DNA from: Paraspadella gotoi
Taxonomy: Eukaryota; Animalia; Chaetognatha
NCBI GenBank assembly: GCA_051294375.1
Contig: CM119264.1
Location: 11,011,832 to 11,075,831 of the forward strand
Direction: 5' to 3'
Length of the DNA stretch: 64,000 bases
Part shown: in pieces, positions 55,447 to 64,000 of the stretch
Layout of the letters: every line of letters begins with the position of its first letter
Numbering within the stretch: position 1 is the stretch's first letter
Program-made: the position numbers and the translations under genes
The notes under the pieces: generated by a model
Seen by the model: the letters and a program-made list of their open reading frames with translations, nothing else
Told to the model about the DNA's origin: nothing
Database searches by the model: none

Positions 55447-55953
55447 TCAAAATGCAACGCTCGTGGACGATTGGACAGGACTCGCAGCCTTTAAGTTCAA
55501 AAGCGCTCGAACTTTTTTGTACTTGATTTCGATACGTTCCAGATGTTCAAATATGTCAGGATTGGATGGATCCCGAAAGTCAAATTCGTCGATAAGGTTT
55601 GAAAGTTGACCGAGCGCGTGGGCAAGCTTTTCTCTCCGCGCACGGGGGAAACTTCGGAGTTTTTCTTCCTCCGCCGACACGATTCGTCGATATTCAACTT
55701 CACGAGAAGGGATCTCAACTTCGAAAGAACCCGGGGCCGAATCAAGGTTCGTCAAAGTTAGGGAGTAAACCTGCGCGACGCGACGGTAATAACCGATGGT
55801 CGTGCCGATTTGAAGACCCTTTCCAAGACCGAGCCTGAATCCCTCGTCGAATCCTTCTTTTCTCGATTGAGTTACGCCCTCCTTGTAGGCTTCCTCGAAG
55901 GCGGTGTTCTCGGCTAAGGCGATGCTGTCGAACACGTCATTCAAGTCTTCCAT
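55447..55953 (-). CDS. LTO1: LTO1/ORAOV1 homolog (Yae1-family Gx3 repeat; ABCE1 Fe-S maturation adaptor), intronless, 168 aa
   Basis: MEDLNDVFDSIALAE..EAYKEG..EGFDEGFRLGLGKGLQIGTTIGYY..DPSNPDIFEHLERIEIKYKKVRALL, with a C-terminal Phe. This matches the ORAOV1 pattern. Confidence 0.88.
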   Translation of the reverse strand: MEDLNDVFDSIALAENTAFEEAYKEGVTQSRKEGFDEGFRLGLGKGLQIGTTIGYYRRVAQVYSLTLTNLDSAPGSFEVEIPSREVEYRRIVSAEEEKLRSFPRARREKLAHALGQLSNLIDEFDFRDPSNPDIFEHLERIEIKYKKVRALLNLKAASPVQSSTSVAF

Positions 55954-56078
55954 CGTACATCCATCATGTCCCAAGCAAACACTAAACTTATCTTGGGAAG
56001 AAAGACTAACAATAAATATTATCAATTTAACATTCTACTTATCGCGATATATTAATTACAAACTAAGAATGTATCGTA

Positions 56079-59000
56079 TCATCGTTTCTTTTTCTTTTCC
56101 CCCTTTTCGGCGCCGCGTATGTGTCTCTTCTCTACTTTATACTTCTCGACGAGGAGTTCGACGACGAGATTGACTTGGTTCCCTTGGATGAGCACCTGCT
56201 GGCCCGACTTTTGCCCTGGAGCCGACGAGACCGAGGAGCTGGTCGCCGCCCGCACGCGCACCTCCTTAGCTAGGTCCCGAGGATCGATTCCGAAAGTCTC
56301 CAAATTGCACACCAAAGTAACTTTTTTGTTTCCAGAACGGGACTCTACATTTAATACGACGGGAGGAAGCCCACCTTTTTTCAAGACTGCCGGTCGGTCC
56401 GAGTATTCGAGACTAAAGAGTTAAGATGTGAAAATTTGTTAAGTACTAAAACATAAGTAGTATTATTATTCAAAATCAGCCTCCATATATTATCCTAACA
56501 AAATTACCTGTAGCACTCTCCCATCTTTTTCGCTAGTCTTTGAAACAACTTGGTCCACGGCAATTCGACGATTTGGTTTTCGCCCTTCTCCAGCACCACG
56601 TCGGCCAATTCCGGACTCATCATCACTTTCGACTTGTCGACTGGATGGGTAAGTTCATTGACGCGAACGTAATCGGTGATTACACGTCGCATTTCCTGTC
56701 CTGATATGCCGGAGCCTTTCGTAAATCCGGCAGATTTGAACAAGGGTAGGACAGATGCATTGATCGAGAGCATCTCCTTCACGACTGGAGACTGAAAATC
56801 GCCATTTTCGTCAAGATCGTCGAGTGACTAAAAAAATGAAAATATGGTAGTGTTGTGGCAATTAAACGGGACGATTTATTCTCCAACAAATAAAACAGAG
56901 ATCAACTCCAAAACAATGCTAAGTCTAAAACAATAAACAATACAGAGAAACCGGCTGAGGACAGCAGGCTGAGAGTGGTGTTGACCGGTGATCGGCCAGT
57001 GATTTAGAGAATTCAAAAACGAGCAAAAAGGTTTCGAACACTGAATTGAGAAAAAGATAGTGGTCAGAGGTAAGGACAGAGAGTGAGTTTATGAAAATAA
57101 GTGAAAATGGTTGAAATTAGAAAAATTGGTGAGGGATAGCTAAGTGAAAAAGTGAATTTTTAGAAATAAGATAGAGCTCAAAATGAACTTGCCCCTCCCG
57201 TTGTTGAATTTAAAAATTCAAACTTTTAATCTAATGGTAGGAATATTGAAATTGGTAATCAATATAAAAATTATCCATTCATTTAATAAATAAGCTATCT
57301 TGCTCATAACTTTGGACAGGCTTTGGTGGTTTAAGGCCTCCATCACAAGGTCCCTGCAAGCTTTCAATCAAGACTCTCAGTCTCGTTTTATATAATTAGA
57401 ATAAATAAAAAGCTATAATCACGTGTAAACTCGCTTACGTACATTTCTCAGAAAAGGAAATTTTTTCAGGTCCATTTCTCGCAAAAATGAAGAAGCTTTA
57501 TCGACTTCGGTGATGAACCAAACGCCCTTCGTTTCTTCTCTTAATTTAATAAGACCTGACAAATGGAAGCATCATTCACTAAGTTTTATAAATATAATCG
57601 AAAATTTGAATGTCACCTTTCACCTTTCAACTGCACCTCTTGAAAGAACTTCAAGGGTTTTTTAAACGTTGATTTTCTGAAGTCCAAAGCATCTCCAATT
57701 GGACAAGACGCTTGCATCGTTTTGTAAAAGTTTTGCGTGCTGATCGGAAAGTCGATGGCTTTAAGTTGAAATCGTGCTGCGATGCAAGCGTAAAACTCCA
57801 ACTTGTCGTCCATCAAAGACTCGTTATTCTCGTTGGGGTCTTGAAGAGGCACAGGCAATGTTGCATCGGGAGTAGTATCGATACTATCGATAGTCTCGGT
57901 ACTGTTTCTCAATAATATATCAGCTACGAGGCCAGCGAGAGAGTTGTCGCCGTCGTCGTCCAATTTCAACGCGGCGCAACTCAGTTCTTCTTTTCCATCG
58001 CCTTCCTGATCTTTCACAGGTTTCGTTTCTTCGCAATCTTGTTCCAAATCTTGCTCTTGCGAGTTCTCTGGATGCCCTTCATCCGAGGATTCCTTGTCTT
58101 CAAGGACCTCTTCGGCTAAAAGGGGCATCCGCGGTTTGTCTTTCGCAAATCTGAAAAGTTCGTCGACGGCGGTGTGGACGACGACGAATCCTTTTCCGCG
58201 CATTCCCGATTGAATCTGCGGCGATTACAATCAAAAGAAATAGGCGAAGTTCATAGAATCTAACCATAACATCGCGGGCCGCATCTTCCCGCTTACCATT
58301 TCCGTGGCGTTCATGGTGGAATATGCGACGGCGACCGGAGCTGCGTTTCCATCCGCATGAATTGCGACCGGTTGATGTTTCTTGATATTGTGAAGATTAA
58401 CCAGTGTTGGCGGTCCTTTGAAAGAAAGGATAATTCAGCGTCCTGGGACAGGAGGAAATTATAGCCAGAGAGGTATAGGTGGTGGGAGAACGAGCAAGGG
58501 AAAAAAACTCCGACCGATTTGCTAACGACCTCACAGTCACACAAACAGTCATACCTGAGAGAATTACGCCCGGCAACATAAGATCGGCGCCACCGCAAAG
58601 TTTGTGATACACGGCTTCCCAGGTCCGCACTCGAGGTAAAATGTCTAAGGGAAAAATTTTCATCTACTGTCATGTGCGAAAAATTTTGTGTGCGAGTAGG
58701 AAACTGTGATTTAGTTCGATATAAAATTTTGAATCTCTTTGCTTATAAATACTCTAATTGGATAAATGGATTGAGATTAAATTTTGTGTGTGAGAAACTG
58801 AATATAAAGTTTTGATGGAATCTTGCGAGTGGAAATAATTTTAAATGGAAAAAAATGTAGCAGATTAATTTATTAATTAATCATCACAACAGAGATATCC
58901 CTCTGTTAGAAAAACGTCACTTTTTTTTAATTTTAAAGTTTTTCTCTCGAAAATGATGGATTGGATGATTAATTAGTTGTTTGAATGATTGTTTCATAGA

Positions 59001-59670
59001 TTGGGTTACTTTTACTTTCGCCGACCGGGGTTAGGGAGGGGTTATGGTTAAAAGTAATTTAGGGGTCGGTTTAGGGTTAGGGGTGGTTAGGGTTAGGAGG
59101 GTTTAGGGTTAAGGTTATTTGGTTATTTGGTTATTATTATAATCATCTCTTACAATTTTTTAAAAAATTTTTTTAAACAAAATATTTAAAAATGATTTTT
59201 TAAAAACCGCTATAACCGCGGTCGGTAATTATAATTAAATGAGCAAAAACGTGTTGAGAGTTTTCTTTTTCAGTACCGGGATATTTCCACAAAAGAGAAA
59301 CCGTGGGATAGAGAACTCCATGATCCTCAATGATAACAGGATTTTTGGCGACCAAATGAACATTAACAATATTGCCGGAATTCGTAATCACCCTGGCAAT
59401 GGAAACTTCTTCTTTGTTCGGAAGTATTTCGGAAGACGTTCCTATAACAGATGAGCTAAGCTTATTTTTAAAACATCGTGCTTTGAATTTAAATCAGGGG
59501 CCTATTATGGGGATTTAATTACTACTTTATTTTTATTGCTTTTTTTACATTTATTACGAGTATTCACCTGTAGTTATGTTCCATTGCGCCTCTATTAAAG
59601 CCCGAGTTTTGCGTCGCTCAGAGCCCTTAACAGCCGCATTAGATTTAACGCGAAAAGGTTTTTGAAACAT
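56079..59670 (-). CDS. EIF2D: Eukaryotic translation initiation factor 2D (ligatin; PUA, SWIB, SUI1 domains), multi-exon
   Basis: MFQKPFRVKSNAAVKGSERRK (ATG 59670); YPTVSLLWKYP; KLCGGADLMLPGV; GMRGKG; DFRKSTFKKPLKFFQE; SUI1 RSGNKKVTLVCNLETFGIDP..VLIQGNQ; TGA at 56079-56081. Confidence 0.95.
57247..57390 (-). repeat. Dispersed repeat family, copy 3 (EIF2D intron)
   Basis: Its reverse complement matches the core of 19218-19370 and 39196-39343. Confidence 0.85.
59027..59135 (+). repeat. Degenerate TTAGGG/GGTTA-like G-rich repeat in an EIF2D intron
   Basis: GGGGTTAGGG..TTTAGGGTTAGGGGTGGTTAGGGTTAGGAGGGTTTAGGGTTAAGGTTATTTGGTTATTTGG. Confidence 0.75.
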
Positions 59671-60219
59671 TTTAAAACTATTCACTCGTCGCTAAACAGA
59701 AAAAATTAGGATTTGTGAAATAATCTAAATAAAACAAGATCAAGAACGTGTTTAATACAGAAGTAATGCATGCTTAAATTACAAAATTACAATAAAATTT
59801 TGAAAAAACGTCAGAATAACATAAGAAAATCGACTAAAAAAATGGCACATTTCCTTAGGACTGAAAAACAGACAAATGGTAATGACCCATAAAGCAAACA
59901 AACATCTTGCCTCAAAATTGTTAAATAATTTCTAGAAAATATCATAAGTTATAAAATTTATGAGCGAATGGTTTAAGATGGCTTTCGCTATAATTTTATG
60001 ACAGGAATCAACAAAAACCGTATTCCTATAAGCTAAGGTTATTGGGAAGTGCGGGGTAATATGGAACACTTTTGTAATCAATAAAATTTTTCGAATAGTA
60101 AATATATTTTTAAAAAATTTCTGATGATATATCTAGGAACGTGTCCCCGCTGCAGATTGATGTATTTGTTTTTTCATTTAATCATTTAATAAAACTTTAT
60201 ACAGAAGGCTTCATATTAT

Positions 60220-61170
60220 AAAATGTGGTACCCCTTTTTTGTGACCAGAATCTGTTCCCACCAAACTACCCGAAAGAATTTCATGAAATTTTACATTGAG
60301 AGTTCTCAATGACAATATAAATGGAACTATCGAGGCGAAATTTTGATATTCAACTTCTGACAAGAAATACAGGGCCCTAGGGCTAAATTTTTTCCCCCAT
60401 TTAATAAATTTTTTTAATTTTTAAAATAAATTTTAGTACCATCAGGTGCTTGACATTTTAAGCATATAAAAACATTTTAGAACTAAAATTGTAAATTTTC
60501 AATAATTAAGCATTGTTTGAAGATGCATGGTTCATCGTTTTACTTCCAATTTTCCAAAATTATTCAAAATCTGACTTGAACAGTTGATGTTCATGAAGAT
60601 GAAAATTAAGGTAAACTAACATTTTTGAGGTAATAAATAGGTTTTTGTGAAGAGTAAACGTCTGTGCAACTGTTCAAAACAAAAATATTTGAAAAATTTG
60701 TAAAAAATTTTTGACCATTTTTGCCTCAATGGGTGACGCCCCAGAGGGCCCATATCTCGGCTCAGGGGTCAATTATTAAAGTTCGCCTCGATATTTCTAT
60801 TTGTATTCACATCGGGATCGTTCATTCAAAATTTCAATAAATTTGGTCCAGTGTTTCTCGGAACGTGTTCTGGTCACAAAAAGGGGAACTATGGCAACGG
60901 GAGGAATAGCCTGTGATACCCGGGCGCGGGGTATCTCACCAACCTGGCGTAGGGCCTTCGGCCCTCAGTGACCGCCTCCTGTGCAACTGGCATGTTTATA
61001 CCGGCACCGTCAGCATTTTAAGCAGAACGGGGGCCGGGATACCGGGGATTGAACGCGGGACGCACGATGGAATCGAATTGAATGTTTAGCCTTGCTCAGT
61101 CCATTGAGTCGACTGAGGACCGGACAGCAGTGAGGCAGCTTTAAGTCTTGCTGCACAGGAACCACATTTT
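60220..61170. mobile_element. Non-autonomous element with short outer inverted repeats, ~150 bp inner inverted repeats and a GC-rich, tRNA-like segment
   Basis: Outer IR AAAATGTGGTACC (60220-60232) / GGAACCACATTTT (61158-61170). Inner IR CCCCTTTTTTGTGACCAGAA..TATCGAGGCGAA..GGGCCCT (~60230-60385) versus ~60735-60890. Hairpins at ~60913-60939 and 60951-60965. Confidence 0.6.
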
Positions 61171-61678
61171 TAATAAATTACGACAAATATGGCTGTGCCA
61201 GAGGCTTGAAAACGACTACGCAAAGCGAAATTTTAAATTTTACAAGATTTTTTAAAATTTCTGCTGCGGCAGCAATGGAATACTATAACTCTCAACATGT
61301 AAAGAGTTGGTGGAATATTAAAAGCGCCATAATTTTTTTATTTCAAATTATTTGTCAGTGTTCCGAATTACCCGTTCAAAATTACCACGCACTACCCTAT
61401 ACCAACCCTTACATTGTGCATAAAAATAAAGAAAATGTTTGAGGTTGTAGAAAATGCTTTTAACCATTGGCAGGAATCAGGAAAAACATGAAATTAGTAC
61501 AACCAATGAGATTTTTAAATGCTAAATAATTAGTTTCAAGCGCTAAAATAAAAGGAGCGTGAATGATTTCTTATAAGAACTGACCTCTTCTGCTACATAA
61601 CAACGACACAGTTTAATGAAAAAAAAAAAAAAAAAAAAGCAATAAAAAAATTGCGCAAAGTATTATAACAAAAATATT

Positions 61679-62325
61679 TTAATATTTTCCGGCGGCAATG
61701 GCGGCTTTAAGTTCATCAAGTTCTAGTCTCAATCTTTCGTTTTCGTCTCTGAGTCTTCTCATTTCATCGCTACTTGAGTTTCCGTATCCACCCCCCCTTC
61801 TTTGTGGTGAGTAGCCTCTCGATCGACGCTCTGGGCTATAGCCACGGCCGGGCCGTTCGTAATACCGATTTTTCGGTGGCCACGTCATCTTTTTGTTGAC
61901 GTTCCGCCGACCGTGAGAAATTTCTTAAGTTAAGCGGAAAAAGGAAAACATTTATCCAGGCAACGAGGAATGAGGAGGGCAGCGCGAACTGACCTGTTCG
62001 AATGGCAGAACCATTGATGATGGTCCCGTTGAGGGCGGCAACGGCCTCTTCCGCATCTCGCGGATCTTCAAACTCAACGAACCCAAATCCCCCTGAAAAA
62101 GTAATATGCCGCAAGATTAAGAAAAATGGTCAACATTAACTGTACAATGTACACTGTACATTGTATAAACATCAAATAAGGTACTGTACCTGGGGCTCTG
62201 GCGACGAAGCAGTTTCTCAATTGACCAAATTTAGCAAACGCTTCCTCGACCTCCCTTTCCTGCGTATCGGGCTTGAGGTCACCAACGAAGACTTTACACC
62301 CCGGGAGACATTCTTTTCCTGACAT
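61679..62325 (-). CDS. SRSF3/RBP1/RSF1-type single-RRM protein, 159 aa, 3 exons, with a C-terminal coiled coil
   Basis: Exons 62325-62190, 62092-61994 and 61923-61679 join in frame. [47 protein letters not shown] is the SRSF3-family RRM. Confidence 0.88.
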
Positions 62326-62604
62326 CTCTTTTTAACTCGTTTTTTATTGTTTTTGACGCAAATGGATAATAAATCTAAGGAATTGGTTAAGAATGAAACA
62401 AAATTTTCCCTCAATAGAAATTCAAATACAGAAAAATCTAACTTGAAACCCCCAAAATAATACAGTCGTTCAATTTTTTTTTCAAAATATTTTTTTTTAT
62501 CTTTCCTATGAAATTGTCTAACTGAAAATCAGAACAAGCATCTTTTCGGAGAAAATGTATTTTCAATTTCCAACACCACACTTTGCTTCTTTTGGGAATC
62601 GCGA

Positions 62605-63677
62605 TTAAACGGATTCTAGGACGGGGGGCTCGTACCCCTCAGGCCGAGAAACGACCTCGCCCGCTGCAGTTTCCATAGCAACCGCGCCTTTCCCTTCACC
62701 GTGAATCTCCAATAGCTTGCCCAGGTCAAAGCGGGGACGTTTGATGACCTGCGAAAACGAAGGCAAACAATATTTATTAATTAGTATATACTATATAGAC
62801 AATATAACACTGACAAAAATACCCACCTTCACTTTCTTGATGAAAACGTCGTATAAAGGATAGATGGACTGGCAAGCCTTTTCGATATCCTTGCCGATGG
62901 AATCGGGGATGAGCTTGTTTACGGTTTCCTTCAGATCGGATGAACTAACTTCCTTGGTGATGATGTCCACCATTTTTCGGCGTATGTTCTGCAATAATTA
63001 TTACTATGATGACAAACCATTCGATCTTACAACAGGCATTCTCGATTCCGGTTCGAAACTACCTTGACTTGCTGGGTTTGCGCGTAGGAAGTTTTTTTAA
63101 TCTGGTTCTGCCTTTTCTTGGTAAAGCCGACGCTGAACAGGCGAAGCAAGAACCCGTCGGTGGTTTTGACGTCGATTCTCGCTTCAATCATCGTTTGCCA
63201 CTTCTTCACCATGGACCTGTTGACAATAAAAAGCGTGTGTAACTCTGAACGTAGACATGATGCATCCAAACTAACCTCTTCTTGTCGGTGGTCAAAGTCA
63301 TCCCGTGGAAATTAGTCAGGCAATTCCTGCCTTGAACTTCCTCGCAGATGAGGCGGAACTTCCTGAAGGCGACCTCGTCGTTCTGAAGATCGGCGAGGGA
63401 AACCTCGTAGACACGACCCTTGAGACTGTCCGAAGCGATGCGAGTTCCTATGGCGGGAAAATTTAAAAAAAATTTTAAACATCGAAATACACATGAATCC
63501 CTTTATTCGGTACTCACCGGCCGTTTTGTTGACTGGGGTCTTGCAGACGCCACGGGTGTTGAACATAGCCGGCGCTCTCACGTCATACCATTCTTTCCTG
63601 GTGAAAGGATCAACGACCTTCTTTTTCTGTCCTTTTTTTCCTCCCTTGGTAAGGCGCTTGTTCTTCCCAACTGCCAT
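62605..63677 (-). CDS. RPS3A: 40S ribosomal protein S3a (eS1), multi-exon
   Basis: [39 protein letters not shown]; [25 protein letters not shown]; [21 protein letters not shown]; [26 protein letters not shown]; TAA at 62605-62607. Confidence 0.98.
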
Positions 63678-63778
63678 CTTAACTTTTAATATTTTATTTT
63701 ACCTGATAAAAATTAAAACATACATAACCATGACAACGCAACTGAATCATAAAAACCATCAAGCATTTGATTTCTAGT

Positions 63779-63784
63779 TTTATT
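63779..63784 (-). terminator. Candidate poly(A) signal of an upstream gene outside the window
   Basis: AATAAA on the minus strand ~75 nt upstream of the RPS3A acceptor, followed by U/GU-rich sequence. Confidence 0.4.
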
Positions 63785-64000
63785 TCGAATTGGGACCAAA
63801 AATTCAAACAACAGCGGCATAAACCGTCTTTTGCTGGGAATAGTTTCTCACGATTAATAGTACCAAAAAAAAATTAAAACTAAAAGTTTATAAACACGTA
63901 ACCTAAAAAATTGGTGAGTCAAGGCAAAAATGAGCTTCCGAGCCAACAAACAAGTATCATTCGATCTTTTTTCGTGCGTCCGTTTCCATCTCATTTTCAA

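Larger units (their letters stand above)
53712..63704 (-). promoter_or_regulatory. Six apparently unpaired 3' splice acceptors upstream of start codons (candidate trans-splice sites)
   Basis: AG at 63704-63703 (tttttatcag, RPS3A), 62376-62375 (cttaaccaattccttag), 59693-59692 (ctaattttttctgtttag, EIF2D), 55993-55992 (tctttcttcccaag, LTO1), 55437-55436 (acttcctag, POLDIP2) and 53713-53712 (ttcttattttcttgatagcag, ATG3). Each lies 21-79 nt before the ATG. Confidence 0.6.

Noticed and set aside
55954-56025. N-terminal extension of LTO1 shown in the ORF track (MIIFIVSLSSQ...)
   Set aside because: It starts at a non-ATG codon and runs through the pyrimidine tract and acceptor. Homology begins at MEDLNDVFD.
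60892-61170. Assignment to RNase P/MRP, 7SK, SRP RNA, or a hammerhead/HDV/twister ribozyme
   Set aside because: The diagnostic conserved motifs and pairings could not be matched by eye. The segment is kept only as an unclassified structured region.
62750-63520. Intronic snoRNAs in RPS3A
   Set aside because: The introns are only ~60-80 nt, and the ATGATGA C-box-like word at ~63007 is on the wrong strand.

Overview
Animal (invertebrate) genomic DNA, AT-rich, with spliceosomal GT-AG introns and the standard genetic code. It is not prokaryotic, and most short ORFs in the supplied track are microsatellite artefacts. 1-28.5 kb is largely non-coding and rich in (GA/TC)n. It holds CpG-rich promoter-like islands, candidate minus-strand first exons, a MITE, and a ~5.5 kb tandem duplication spanning N gaps that is probably an assembly artefact. 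29.4-43.5 kb is a 12-exon plastin/fimbrin gene (-). Its fourth intron carries an antisense 4-exon gene (~699 aa) that fuses a HEPN (DZIP3-type, RNxxAH) putative RNase domain to long 11-mer amphipathic apolipoprotein/LEA-like helical repeats. 47.7-51.2 kb is a somatomedin-B-domain class B GPCR (+) without a visible GPS motif. 52-64 kb is a tightly packed, co-oriented minus-strand cluster: RPS3A > SRSF3/RBP1-like RRM gene > EIF2D > LTO1 > POLDIP2 > ATG3. Every gene in it has an apparently unpaired 3' splice acceptor just upstream of its ATG, consistent with an SL trans-spliced operon. At the LTO1/POLDIP2 junction the acceptor lies only 11 nt after the upstream stop codon. All gene models were built by eye from the sequence, and no database searches were run.
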